From the NCBI GenBank assembly GCA_965113315.1, contig OZ220374.1: a stretch of DNA of 64,000 bases; one strand, 5' to 3'. The stretch's first letter is position 1, and the number at the start of each line of letters is the position of its first letter. Source of the DNA: Podarcis vaucheri (lineage: Eukaryota). Shown in pieces: positions 1 through 13,723 of this stretch. Made by a program: the position numbers and the translations under genes. The notes beneath the pieces are model-generated. The model ran no database searches. It worked only from the letters and a program-made list of their open reading frames with translations, and was not told where the DNA came from.

Positions 1-1535
1 GAAGGGAACCTGTAGCCCTCAATATGTTGCCCACATGGGGTGAAGCTATCAAGCAATTGCTTCGCTACAAACTCAGCTCAGCACAGAGCCATTCAGCTGC
101 CATACTGACTGAATCAGGTTGGTTGTGTGAAGCAGCTTTTACTTGCAGGCCTTTGTTTACCATACGTCTTTTAATTTTTTTAAAAAAATCTAATTTTGTT
201 TGTAAATAGGCTTTTATGCTAATGGTCTAATGAGGAATCTGGTTAATTGCGAACTAAACCTCATATTATGTAGTCACTGGTATGTGTGATGTTGCAGCAA
301 TATCTAGAAATTAATTTATTTTAATTATTTTGTGTCCCAGCACAGAGACAAATGCATCTCAAGTAGTGATCAAGCAGAAGGGTGTTACCACATACACATA
401 CACATTCATTTTTATTTTTATTTTTGAATCTGAGACAACTTTTGGGTGTTTTTCATAGCACTGCATTTAATACAGAGACCACTGCATAGAATGAATCTTA
501 GTTTCAAGGTCTGAATTAAAATGCACATTGAATTGAATTACTTTTGTATACTTCATGCAAGCACTTTCAGTTTGCAAGTACTAGCAAGCAGAACAACCAT
601 TGCGGAATGTATACAGAAATAATTCTATTACATATCTGAGTCACATCAGAATCAAGGAAGCTGGGGCTTCTTAATAACTGTTTTGAGTTATCTTGAATAT
701 TTTTGACAAATATAGGTTGGATCAAAGAGTGGTTGATGAAACAGTAGCATTGTTTGGATCCCTATAAAAAGAGATTCTTCTTTTATGCCTTAGATCAATT
801 TAAGCAGCTCTTTTCAGACTATTTGGATGTCTTAAGATCTTTTATTCAGTAGTTGTGTGTTACAGATGGTATGACTGCATAATCTGGCAAAAGTACTTTG
901 GCTCCAGTTGAGCACCTGGGCACATAAACCTAAGTTTAGTTTTGATGGCATATAGGAATGAGTAATTGCATACAAGCTTAGATATATGGATGCAATCCTG
1001 CTCTTTCCCAATGGAGCATCAGGTGTAGCAATTCCAAAGGTCATCTGCTCCATCTGTTGGTGCATCCAGAAATCCTTAATTTAATCCCGGTGAGAGGCAG
1101 GGATGTGCTGTGCATGACTATCTGCTGCCTCATAAGAAGCAACAAAGGTCTGAAAATGGAAGTTCTAATGAGCGGGATGAGGAAAGGGGAAAGGGGCCAG
1201 ACTAGGCTGGTCTATGCCTCCCTCACCGTAAATGTAGAGGGACACTTCTCACAATTACAATTGCATCTGCCACTGACTGGGCAACAAAGGGACATATTGG
1301 GGAAGAGAGGACTCTACTTCCTCCTCCCATGCCTGTTGCATCTTCATTTCTCTCATGCACTGACATTCACTCCCTGCCCTCAGCAGAGAAGAAGCAGGAC
1401 TTCAGCCTGTGAGAAGTGAGTTGATTTACAAATGTTGAATCTTGTAGTCAGAGACAGGCACTTAGCTTTGACCACATGACCTCGCTGAGTGCAAATGAAG
1501 CCACTCCTGAGCGAGGGCAGGCCTTTCTGCATTAG

Positions 1536-2300
1536 TCATAGAATCATAGAATCATAGAGTTGGAAGAGACCACAAGGGCCATCGAGTCCAACCCCCTGCC
1601 AAGTAGGAAACACCATCAGAGCACTCCTGACATATGGATGTCAAGCCTCTGCTTAAAGACCTCCAAAGCAGGAGACTCCACCACACTCCTTGGCAGCAAA
1701 TTCCACTGTCGAACAGCTCTTACTGTCAGGAAGTTCTTCCTAATGTTTAGGTGGAATCTTCTTTCTTGTAGTTTGGATCCATTGCTCCGTGTCCGCTTCT
1801 CTGGAGCAGCAGAAAACAACCTTTCTCCCTCTTCTATGTGGCATCCTTTTATATATTTGAACATGGCTATCATATCACCCCTTAACCTCCTCTTCTCCAG
1901 GCTAAACATGCCCAGCTCCCTTAGCCGTTCCTCATAAGGCATCGTTTCCAGGCCTTTGACCATTTTGGTTGCCCTCCTCTGGACACGTTCCAGTTTGTCA
2001 GTGTCCTTCTTGAACTGTGGTGCCCAGAACTGGACACAGTACTCCAGGTGAGGTCTGACCAGAGCAGAATACAGTGGCACTATTACTTCCCTTGATCTAG
2101 ATGCTATACTCCTATTGATGCAGCCCAGAATTGCATTGGCTTTTTTAGCTGCCGCGTCACACTGTTGGCTCATGTCAAGTTTGTGGTCAACCAAGACTCC
2201 TAGATCCTTTTCACATGTACTGCTCTCAAGCCAGGTGTCACCCATCTTGTATTTGTGCCTCTCATTTTTTTTGCCCAAGTGCAATACTTTACATTTCTCC
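1536..2300 (-). mobile_element. 5'-truncated CR1 LINE (ORF2 C-terminus and 3' tail)
   Basis: ORF 1616..2326 contains [35 protein letters not shown] and [12 protein letters not shown]-like motifs; (CATAGAAT)n tail at 1536-1560. Confidence 0.95.
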
Positions 2301-3468
2301 CATGGATCATTCCAGCCAGTCGGCAAACATATTGTGAACGGGATGAAGTCATAATGCTACATCACCGAGTAAAAACAAAGCCAATGCAGGAAGCATTGTC
2401 CTCATTCTGAATAGGCAAATATTTTAAGTTCCTTTGAAGGAATCACTAAAAATTTGCTATAAAGGGGGTGTTTTCTGTCATTGCCAAAAAACAACAACAT
2501 GTGCCCTCCATTTTGACTTAGATCTAGTTATAGTTCTGGAATGCCAAACATCTTTTTGTTTTGTGTTTTTTAAAAAACTGGCTGGGCATGTGTGCATGAA
2601 TGAGGGCCACTAGAGTCATTTGCAGAAAATCAAATACACGACGCTGGTGATAAGGCCAAATAATTAGTTGTCATCCCACTAATGACAGTAATCTAGATTT
2701 CTGTAAGGAAATGTATCTGCAATAGGCACCGCTCATAGAGCTTACTATTGCACATCAAATGAAATTATCAGCCTCGCCTCTTTTCTACAGAAAATGTGTA
2801 AAAAAAACCTGCTAAAGGAGGGTGGGGGTGGAAATGCAATTCCCTTACCGCTGGTGATTTTCAATGCAAGCATCAATATGGAACTCTGGTCACCGTGCCT
2901 CTTTGATTTGCATTATGTTCAGTAAGGAGAAAAACAGCAGAAATACAAGGAAGATCCATACAGTGCTTTTTAATGCGGATATTTATAGAGATATGAATTT
3001 CCCCACATTTGAATGAAATAAAGAAAAGCTTGTAAATATTTCCTTGGGTTAGCAATAAACACTCTTCTTCTATTCCATAGAGCTTTTGTTCTTAAAATGA
3101 GGATTCCTCCCCCACACACAATTTGTTCTGCATCCATATGCAATAAGGGGAAGTCAGTTTGCATGTGAAACTGTTACTACACCCGTCTGTTGGTAGAGTA
3201 CAAACACCACCTCCCCACGTCCCTAACATGAATCACATATTTATTCACCAACAACTTCTGAACAGATGCCAAACCAACATGTTTGTAGACTACAGTGATA
3301 CACATGTAAAGCGAGATTTGGGAGCAGACAGTTAACAGGAGCTTTTTTCTTTATTTTTCTATTCAACTTCCTCTATGGCTATTTGTTTTATTTATTTATT
3401 ATCTGAAATTGTAGGCCACACTTCATTAACTTATAGGCCTGGTTCACATGTCACTTTAAACCATAGTT

Positions 3469-3710
3469 AAGGTAAAGATAAAGGGTAAAGGGACTCCTGA
3501 CCATTAGGTCCAGTCGTGACCGACTCTGGGGTTGCGGCGCTCATCTTGCTTTATTGGTCGAGGGAGCCGGCGTACAGCTTCCGGTTCATGTGGCTAGCAT
3601 GACTAAGCCGCTTCTGGTGAACCAGAGCAGCACACAGAAATGCTGTTTACCTTCCCGCCGGAGCGGTACCTATTTATCTACTTGCACTTTGACGTGCTTT
3701 CAAACTGCTA
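3469..3710 (-). mobile_element. 5'-truncated Sauria SINE
   Basis: (AGGTAA)n tail and body shared with the full copies at 21966, 34080, 45543 and 47413. Confidence 0.9.
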
Positions 3711-4257
3711 AAACGTAGGGCTTATTCATACCTACATTTTGCCCAGCTCTTTCCAGGCACAGATCCACACTTAAAAGCTGTGTGTCTGAGCTTTTAGTTT
3801 CTTTGCTTTTTGCCCCTTAAAAAAAGCACTTGGTGCAAACACTGGAGCAAAAGGAAGTGCGGATAAGCCCTAAACTATGGTTTAAACTAAGCAGTGGTTT
3901 CAATGTGAGTGTGCCGTGTGCTGGTGCAAGCCATTGAAATCACAAATGCTTCTCTCTCCACCATTCCACTGCTGCCAGGAAGCAAGCCTAGATCTGGCTT
4001 AGGGTTACATCAAAATCCAAGATTGTGCTTTGTTCCTCTCCAAACCATGACCACTCTTGGCTTACCACTCATGGCTTGTTTGAGAGAAACAAACCAAGGG
4101 CACAGGATCAGATATAATGCTAAGCCAGGCCACAGTTTATTTTCAAGCAACACAACAGTAGCAGGAATAGAGATGAGTGAAGCTCCCACAGATTCAGATA
4201 AGTACAACAGCATGCATTTAAGCTTAGCTTAACAGTCGTTTAAGCAGATGTACTATT

Positions 4258-4840
4258 TTAAGAGCCTTGGATAGAAGATCACCAGGTTGATGGACTAAAT
4301 GGAACGGATAGAAAGGACTGACAGAACCCGAGACCAGGAAGAAGAGACGGTGGATGAAGATTGGAAGAAAGTTTAAAAATTCATTTAGAGAAATATTGTA
4401 AAATTAATGAGTGTTAGATAAAATGTTGGAATGAAACTATTTGGCTTTAGTAGAAATGCTATAAGGAGTTATGTACAAATAAGTTTTTGAGTTTTAGGGC
4501 TTTTTATGGCAAGATAAGGTTAAAATAAATTAAGATAATTTAATGACAGAACATAGTGAAAGACGGAAAGGATTTGCTGAGATAATTAATAACTAGAATA
4601 CAAAAAAGGGAGGTGTGAGGAGGTCGATGAAACAAGATAACGAAAGATAAAGTTTTGGGAATATTGGATTTGTTTTTAATTCTTTGTTTGCCTTTGATTT
4701 TGGATTTGATGTATTGTGTGTTTTGTTCTCTTTTTTCTTTTTATTGACTTGTATTGTTTAATTTCTTTTTTCTTTTTCTCTTTTTCTCTTTTTTCTCTGT
4801 AATTTTAAATTCTCAATAAATATCGGGGGTTTTTTAAAAA
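4258..4840 (+). mobile_element. 3' fragment of an L1-clade LINE
   Basis: Homologous to the 3' end of the 55725-57060 element (GAAGATTGGAAGAAA = EDWKK); AATAAA plus A tail; TSD AAGCA(G/A)ATGTACTATT at 4242-4257 and 4841-4856. Confidence 0.8.
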
Positions 4841-5453
4841 AAGCAAATGTACTATTGAGGCCATACTAATTCTAGTGTGTCTTCCAGAATATCAGAAAAT
4901 AGATTGGTAGTGGTTCCAAGGAGAGCATCTCAAATACTCTTTGGTAAAACAACAACAATCCCTAAACTCTCAGTACTCTCAGTATTATGATAGAAATGTT
5001 CAAGTAAAGAAGCTGGGGGAAAGTAGGCTAGTATAGCCTTTATGCAGCCATTAGGAATGAAAAACTAGTTCTCATTCATTCCTCGTAATGCATAAAGGCA
5101 GACGAGCACTGACTAAATAAGTATTTGAGATGTCTTTGATAGAAAGCAGGAGCTGGGGGAAAATCTAGTTAGTCACGGTAAAGGCATAAAGACTCTGAGG
5201 AAAACAAAAAAGACAGTGGGAATAAAGAGCACTGGGGCAAGCTGGAAAAAGCCTGAGAGGAAACGTCAATGTATGGAGCAGGATTGAGAAGACAGGGTCA
5301 AGGGGTTGAGTAACCAATCCAGTTCATGTTTAGCTACCCTTGATTTACAATTAAATATACCATACAAAGCATACAACTATGGTTTTCCTTCCCAGTTCAG
5401 ACATTTTGACCTCCCCCCCAACTGGCTGTGACATGCACTGTGATGTGGTAGAG

Positions 5454-5599
5454 CAGAGTTGGGGAACCTGTGGCCTTCCACATGTCATTGAATTTCATTC
5501 AGCTCACATCAGCCCTGGCCAATGTGGTCAGTGATAGATAAGGGATGATGAGACTTGCAGTCCAACAGACTGGTGGAAGGTCACAGGTTTCCTACCCTG
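5454..5599. mobile_element. Older palindromic hAT MITE
   Basis: Ends CAGAGTTGGGGAACCTGTGGCCTTCCA ... TGGAAGGTCACAGGTTTCCTACCCTG; TSD TGGTAGAG / TGGTAG(GG), with the right copy split by the next element. Confidence 0.65.
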
Positions 5600-5605
5600 T
5601 GGTAG

Positions 5606-6036
5606 CAGCGGCGTAGCGTGAGTTATCAGCACCCGGGGCAACGCAAGTAATTTGCGCCCCCTAACCCGGGGCAAGGCACGTAATTTGCGCCCCCCCAACC
5701 CCTAACATGCGAGTTGCCGCTGGCGCTGCTGCCCAAACGACGCCGCTTGCCCCGAGGAGGAGGGGGCAGAGAGGCGAGGAAAATGCAACGGCCCAGCAGC
5801 TGCAGCAGCGGCGGCGGAGGCGGGGCTGTGAGGAGGGGCTGCCTGGTGCGTCCTCCGCGGCGAGCGCTGAGAGCCGCTGCCTGCCAGGCGCCTTCAGCCG
5901 GGCGCCGCGAGACATGCGGCTCTGCTACAGCCTGCGCTGGAGGCTCTTCGGCGACTCCGGAGGCAGCGAGCGCGCCCCCCCAGATGTTGCGCCCGGTGCG
6001 GCTGGCACCCCTGGCACCCCCCACGCTACGCCACTG
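5606..6036. mobile_element. Non-autonomous hAT (Tip100-like TIRs) element with CpG-rich internal cargo
   Basis: TIRs CAGCGGCGTAGCGTG / CACGCTACGCCACTG; identical 8-bp TSD TGTGGTAG at 5598-5605 and 6037-6044; duplicated subterminal ACCCGGGGCAA...GTAATTTGCGCCCCC. Confidence 0.9.
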
Positions 6037-8288
6037 TGTGGTAGGGGATGTGGTGGCACAAAGTTGAGTTGTGATGACACCAATGTTTGGACAAAGGGGA
6101 AGCCATGGTTGCAAACTTAGCAGCTTACTCCTTGAGACCTTTCTTGGCAAGCTCAAACTGCAGTGAAACCAGTCCCTTTTGATTTAGAGAATCTTGTTCG
6201 AAGGATCACAACTTCAACACTTGGTGCTTTCAAGCGCATTTTGTAATGCAGAAAAAGATGACTAAAGAAAGGCTCCAACTCTCTTATATAAAGCTAAGAT
6301 AATGCTAAAATAAATGAATGAATGAATAATCCATCTATGTTGAGGAACACATCACTATCAATGAATAAAAAGTCATCTTTCTTTTACCATACTGCATAGA
6401 TCAGTGTACACACAAGAACATCTGATCAACCCTGCAGAAAGCAGTTGCTGCAATGTAAATGAAACGTCAAAACAATCTGAAAAACATCATTAATTAGATA
6501 GTGTTTGTAGATCTCTTTTGGATGAAACATTGTGAGCAAATACTGATTTGTATTCATTTGACCAATTTTCATTCCTGACCATAGATGAACACATAAACCA
6601 CGGCATTTTCTGCTTCTGTTTACAGCTGAATTTCCCGACACCCCTATGTGTCATTAACTTTTTTTCCTCAGCCTGCTCCTCCAATGAGTTTTTTCTATCT
6701 ATCCCAATATTTTGAATGAATAGCATATGTTTGGTCTAACACATCTGAAATTGTTCCTGTGGCAGATAACCAAGATGAGTTAAGACAGAAATATTTTCTT
6801 TCTGAACAGATAAATGGTGGAACTAGTTCATGGAACGTGACATATGACTAGTGATGGCAACAACATTTGAAAAAGACTAATCATTGCCAAGTTACAAGCT
6901 CATCTCTTGGTGTCACTCATGCCTAGCCTTGACCCCACTACCAGACACTGAGTCTTCACAGGAAAACCTGATAGCCTACAGACCAAGGACCCTGGAGAGC
7001 AAACAGGATCCCCTGGAACCAGTGCTGACGATTCTTTTGTGGGATCTTCCTGGGTGATACCCATTGAAGAAGGATTGTGGCTGTTGGAGGAGGAGACAGA
7101 GCCACCTCTCAGCTCTCAAGAATGCCAACACCAAAAGATCCAGGATGAAGAGTGATGAGGTAGTATGCAACTCAACAGTAGGGATGTAAGAAGGCATTGT
7201 TTTCCATTTTGCTCTTCATTTGTCTCATGCAGGACCGTTTCCATTCTGCTGCAGTTCATCTTCCTTAAAATTTTACATAATTTGTCTCAATGTCGTGGAA
7301 TTATATAATTTACATAATTCATTGCATAAGTTATTTCAGTGGAAAGGAAACACAACACAAAGGGTGCGTGCAATCAATCATATATCATTTGCGAACTGAA
7401 AGCAACAAAAGCAGTGAATACTTATCATATTCACTGCATTGATTTCTATTCCAGACACTGGGGACCTGGGCACCCACAAAAAAAATTGTTGAAGATGCTT
7501 GGCACCCGCACCGTGGGGCCTCCGATGCAACTTATGGGGTTCCCAGGCGCTGCTGTGTAACATGTGACGTAAGGTGACATCATGATGTCACCTTACATTG
7601 CACACACCGCTGGGGACCCATAATTTGGGGCCCGAGTTGGCTCCCCTGATTATTCCAGACAGGGGATGTATAAGCAAACACCAGCAGTTTCCGCTCTTGT
7701 TTCAGTCAGAAGTCTCTGACAATGCTCCTCACCACCCGTGGAGGTCTCAGTGAGACTTGGGGTTCGCCACGAGAACAAGCAATAATACCTGAAACAAATT
7801 TAGCACCAGCAGCTGTGACTAGGATGTGGTATAGGAGGCCATAATATAGGTCCCCGACTTCTTGAATCTGAACCTAGCTCCTCTATTTAGATTCTTTTTG
7901 GCATTGACCTTGGATGGTTGCTTGTCCTTGCCTTGGGATTATGTTCTGGACTTGGACTGATGCCCTGTGCTTGACTTGGGTTGTTTTAAACACACCTGTG
8001 CCTTCATCCCAGCTCTCATTGGTGAGTGTTTTGGGTAGGAGGCTCAAACCACCCTGGACTGGAATTCTAGTCCCTGATGGTAGGTAATGGAATATGACAC
8101 CTGAGCCACTTCTGAGCTGATCCAAACTCCAATGAAATTAAGGCCCCCTCAGGAAAAGCTTGCGTATGTCATAATCTCACCACAACAATTATATTCTCTT
8201 GTAGCTGTGGCAACAGGAAGGTCTCAGCTGCATATATAAGCCTTGTAGGCAGAAATGCTGCATTTTAAAATGTTTAAGCCTGGGGGAT

Positions 8289-8438
8289 TCATAGAATCCT
8301 AGAGTTCGAAGGGACCCTGTGGATCATCTAGTAGTCCAACGCCCTGCAATGCAGGAATATGCAGCTGTCCCACACGGGGATTGAACCTGCAACCTTGGTG
8401 TTATCAGCACAGCGCTCTAACCAACAGAGCTATCCAGG
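8289..8438 (-). mobile_element. Short tRNA-head / CR1-tail SINE (POM/Squam2-like)
   Basis: The reverse complement begins CCTGGATAGCTC..GGTTAGAGC (A box), has a GGTTCAATCCC B box, and ends in a CR1-like CCCTTC..ACTCTAGGATTCTATG tail. Confidence 0.75.
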
Positions 8439-10669
8439 TGCAAATATGCAATGTTTTCCATGTGAAACAAGAGTAAAATCTGCATAAATTAGCAACTTAT
8501 TTCTGGACTGGAATATGGCTGGCACCCCTGACTGTACATGCATTTCCCCCTTTTAAATTCAGGTACCTTTTCTTGACTTGAAATTGTCAGAATTTAGCTT
8601 TTTTTAGGTAAGTGAATAATAGGCATCCATTACTAACTACCATATTATGTACAGTGAAAATAATGGTGACAGAAAGAAGAAAAAGGTATTGCCAGTAATA
8701 TATTATTCCTTCAGCAAGAAATACCAAATACAATAATTAGTCTATTCCCATGAAAAATTACCTACTTGCACTTCTGGTCTCTCCCCAATCCTTTTTATTA
8801 GCTTGATGCAAGAATTATTTAGTGGTATTCTATAAATCATGCTCTGCAGTTTTATCCAGAAGACAGAATCACAGCACAGATGTTGATCATATCGCAGAGG
8901 CTCCTCTTAAGATCGATAGCTGTTCAAAACAGAATATTTTAGAGTACACTGATTCAGCTGTACTACTATTGATGCCTCTGAATAGAGCTGTATTTGCCAC
9001 TTGCTTGGAAGGATCTTAAATTGGGCTTGGTTCTTGAGCTGGATGACAAATTGCAAATATGGAAATGAAGGTACTGAATAGGACTTTGAGAAAAGGTGAA
9101 ATTTGATTTAAATTGGGAAACAACTTCAACTGGTACTTTAATACAAAAGACTTTCTATTGAATTATCTAGCAACCGACAAGAAGCTCTGTGTTGTTTATC
9201 CCTGAACAGCTCTCAGGCTCAGAAAGAGAATACGCTCATAAAGATTCTCTCCTCCCAACTTTAGCTTTTTTTATAGACCCAGGATTCTTTTAGATGACTT
9301 TGCAGAAGGCTGATAGAGGTACTTCTGCTCGTTTCAACAAGACATGGTTAGTTCTCATTCTCCTTTCATACTCCAGATCAAGCAATACAGAAGTATAGTA
9401 AGTCTCCCAGTGGCATGGACCATTCTGGCTGGAGCTGATGGGAGTTGGGAGCATACGAATGGCCACAAGTTTCCCTATCCCTCTGTTACAATTCTAATCA
9501 GCTGCCAGTGAGATACAAGAAACACACAGCCAATTATGCCTTTGAAAACCTCTTAAAATCACATCCACTGAATAATATTTTTCTTGTGCCATTGCAAATA
9601 TACTTCTGCATTGCCAACATGCCTCTTAACTTTTGCTGCTTAGGAAAGGCAATGTGATTAGGACTACAGGGAAGAGCAGTCACTCACAGTGGGATATTTT
9701 TATTTGCTGTATATATACGGTTTGTATTTTGCAAGTGCCATGTGACCATTATTGACACCACACACCCACACACAAAAGATGAGTCCAAGACATTTCATTG
9801 CCTTGGATAAAAGAAAAGCTGGCATCCCCATTTGACATACATAAGCTGATCAATCTGTAGGCAGCATTTTCCACCACACCTAAATGGCTGTAAGGTACAC
9901 AAAGCAGATCTGCCTTTCCCTTTCTCTGTGCTTTCAGAATTTCCAGAGATGCTACATCTCTACAAGGGATGTATAAGAAGCAGCATTCCTATATGTGAGC
10001 AGGGCTCAGATCCTGCAGCACTCTACGATTCCCACAGGCTCAAGCAAGATAAGTCCTTGCACTACTTCCTCAAACTTTCCTGACACATAAGAGAAGAATC
10101 TCTGCAAGGCAATGTGCCTCCTTTCCAGCTCTTCACAGCAATTCAGGAGGATTTCATGGCTGATGGTACTTGGAGGCTGTTGAGAAACGGAGGAAATTCA
10201 AAAGGGACACACTTCTGATATCTCCCATTTAGTGTTATTCTAAATGGGACAGCCAAGAAAGCTTTGTACAAAAATCAGGTCTGAAGCCAGATTGAAATGG
10301 GACCATATAATCAATGAAAACTTGAGCTGGCCAGCCATAAGAATCAAGGATAAAAAAAAACATGTGGCTCTTTTACAGACCATGCCAAACGTCTGATCCG
10401 CATCATCAGTCAGCAATAACTGAAACTAATCCTAGCAATGAGCCAAGGCCTTGGTACAGACCCTGTCACCAAACAGGAATTTTAAGTGTGAATGAATGTG
10501 AGAGATTTCATCGGCAACATGTTTTAGCAAACATGTCCGCACAAGTTGCTGAGCCATCGGGATTCTCTGCAGAAGGCCTAAGCATAACTAGGTCGTGAAA
10601 TACTTGGGGAAATTCTGCTGGATGACACTATGCAGACACAATTGTATGAAGTCTTCGTACAATAGATTA

Positions 10670-10862
10670 AGGCTGTGCACAAACCATACCCTTCAAACCG
10701 CATTCAAAGCACATTATTTCCTTCAAAGTATTCCAGGCACTGCAGTTTACCCCTCACAGAGTTATAATTCCCAGCAATTCTTAACAAACATTAGTACGGA
10801 GAATTCTTTGACCAGCGAAATGTGCTTTGAACATTCTTTAAAGGGATACTACGTCAGACACT
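10670..10862. mobile_element. Degenerate palindromic MITE (same family as about 47135-47790)
   Basis: TTCAAAGCACATT...AATGTGCTTTGAA inverted arms; internal AGAGTTATAATTCCCAGC is shared with 47210. Confidence 0.5.
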
Positions 10863-12357
10863 TCTTAGAGCAAGTTTTTAGATTTCAGGTATCTAACAAT
10901 TAACATTTGGCAGCTTTTTATTTTTTTTAAAAAAACCCTGAATATCAATAACTGGGGAGCAAAAGCATGCTTTGGTTGTGGGGTTCCTAGCTGGCTACTG
11001 TGAGAAGCAGAGGGTTGGATGAGATGGGCACTTGGGGTTCATTCAGGTGTTAGTTTTCTTATCTATAATGCTAGTGCTCCTGAACAAGTAACACTACTTT
11101 TCCACTGCATGACCTGTTGGCATTATGGAACTGCAGCTTGATAGTAATGCACTGCCATGCCGTGCTAAACTTTATTCAAACCAGTGGATGTGGTGTAAGA
11201 CGACAGCTGGTGTCATTGGACCCATGTCACCACCCTCTATGAACATCCACGCTTCTGTTCCCCCATGATTCACCCATGAAAACGGCAGGAAAGAACTGTA
11301 TGATGCAATAACACCCCACATTTCATCATATGGCATGAGTCACGAAAATGGCAAGAAAATTTTGCGGCAAAACTCCCATGATTTCCCAGCATATCAATTG
11401 ATACAGAAATGAGTGTTAAACTTCCACTAGATTTCACTCAATCTTACATTGTGTTAAAGATCACATAAATTGTGGAAGTGAGCTGGTCAGGAAACACAGA
11501 GGAAATGGAATAAAGTGAATGCAGCCTTGGTATTACCCAGCAGCCTTCTTGTGCTCTTATTTTTCATTTTAACAAAAAACTTTAAAAGGTTCGCTAATAA
11601 TTGTAGTATCTAATCTGAACAAAGATGTGAGGAGCAATGCAGAAATGTCTAAACACTGAAGGAACATTGTGTAGCATTCCTTTTGGAATCAACAATTTTA
11701 TTTACTTATTTTTAGCCAAATTGCTATGCTCCTTGATGTCACTGTCACTATGACAACATTATGATAAGAAAGGACTAGTCACTCTAGGCTACCTAGAAAA
11801 AAGATTTGTCATCTACATTTTTGCATAAAAGTATAAGAGCTACTGTGTGAGAGTTTATTGACTACAATGCTAGGTGGCTTGTGGTGAACTGCAGCAGTGA
11901 CTGCTTGGAATAATAATAAAAAAAACACCCTGCTCTTTGTGAAAGGTAAGAATTTATTCAACCTAACTGTTATTATTATTTTTACTCCAAAGCAATCACA
12001 AGGGAAGTAAGGATGAATATTGCCATACTGTTGGATGCTTAGTTTTAATTCCCCAAAATGTAATTGCTATGTTACTGTTCAAACTAATATTCTGAAGAGC
12101 AGGGTTGGGGGACTGAATGCGGCCCTCCATAACTCTTTACCTGGCCCTTGGTACTATCCCCAGCTACACAACCTCTCTTAAGCCCATTCTCTTCACTGCC
12201 CCTGCTCAGTGTCCTCCTTGAATGTTTTTGCTTGGCTGGAAGATGTCCTTGAATGCTTACCTAACTGTTAAAAAGCAAACTTTGCATGCATTGCTCCACC
12301 TATTTTTTCTCTTTCCCTGCCCACAACTCACATGTGGCCCTTGGAATGTTTCTAGTA

Positions 12358-12597
12358 CAGTGGTACCTCAGGTTAAGTACTTAATTCATTCCGGAGGTCC
12401 GTTCTTAACCTGAAACTATTCTTAACCTGAAGCATCACTTTAGCTAATGGGGCCTCCCGCTGCCACCGCGCCGCCAGAGCATGATTTCTGTTCTTATCCT
12501 GAAGCAAAGTTCTTAACCCGAGGTACTATATCTGGGTTAGCGGAGTATGTAACCTGAAGCATATGTAACCTGAAGCGTATGTAACCTGAGGTACCTG
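12358..12597. mobile_element. TcMar-Tigger-like MITE
   Basis: TIR CAGTGGTACCTCAGGTTA with TA flanks; same family as 18076, 38910 and 61515. Confidence 0.85.
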
Positions 12598-13723
12598 TAA
12601 GGGGATGTGGCTGTTCAAGTGAAAAATGTTCCTCAGCCCTGTTGTAGAAGATGTTTGAGGAGATCTAAAGCCTGCTTTTGTAACTACTGTGGAACTGAAC
12701 ATTGATGATCTTAGCTCAGGTATTTTTATTCCTTTTTTTTAAAGAAAAAAAACTGCACTTCAACCTCTAATTTCCTTTTTATTTTATTTATAGGAGGTTA
12801 CAATATTAACTTTTAATGTGCAGGATCAGAGTCATTAAAGTTCTAATTTAAATTCAATTTTGCAACCTCAGGTTCTTCCCCCATGTTAAAAATATTATAA
12901 TTGCACTGGCAAAAGTATATTCCACTTCAACTGCAGAATCATCCTGCTCCTATTCTGCTTTCCTATAGTGGCCTGCCAACATTATGACACTTGCTTTTTA
13001 GGAATATGCAATGTGATTGTGGCATGGGAGTATGATTATATAAATGCTGTTTTCCCTGGCACTGTTTGAATTCTTACTGAATATAAGCTGAGTCCCAGCC
13101 AACATTGTTGGAGGGACTGTTTATGTCTCTGCGTTGGCTGTCTCTTACTGCACAAGCCTAATTAGTTTAATATATCCACAGTGTGCTGACTTGCTTTATC
13201 TTCTTGGCTTACTTGTTACAAAAAGGAGAGAAATTATCAATGAAGGAGGGAGGAAACCCGCCCCTCTTGTTGCCATTAAAAAATACTTAGCCGGTGGGAA
13301 GCACATTCTGGTCCCATCTGTTGGCAAGAAGAGTAAGGGCCACTGAGAGATTGCACCTGCTTCCTCCCAATGAGACATCATGGCAAGGAGAGAACCATTT
13401 GACTCTAGCTCTTGGTCAAAGAAGCAGCAGCTGCAGGGAGCTTACTTCCCTCCTCCCTGCCATAAAGAATGCTTCCCATTGCCATATGGTTGACCCATGT
13501 TTGAGCAACAATGCTGGACTGGATAGGCTTTTGGTACGATCCCACAGGGATGCTCTTAAGCACTCTGGGACCTTGGACTATTGGTCCATCTGTCGCAGTA
13601 ATGTCAACATTGACTGGCAGCAGCTTTCCAAGATTTCAGACATCTTCCAGCCCCAACTGGAGATGCTAAGGATTGAACATAGAATCATAGAATGATTGGA
13701 TCATAGAGTTGGAAGGGACCTTG

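Noticed and set aside
320-380. Acceptor-like site as a possible terminal exon of an upstream gene (AGMO is the DGKB neighbour in mammals)
   Set aside because: The translations do not resemble the AGMO C-terminus as I recall it.
5626-6156. Cluster of 84-176 aa ORFs
   Set aside because: They lie on the GC-rich hAT element and cross its boundaries.
8365-8438. tRNA-like sequences (also at 13724, 36063, 59804 and the Sauria SINE heads)
   Set aside because: They are SINE heads followed by SINE bodies and tails, not complete tRNA genes.
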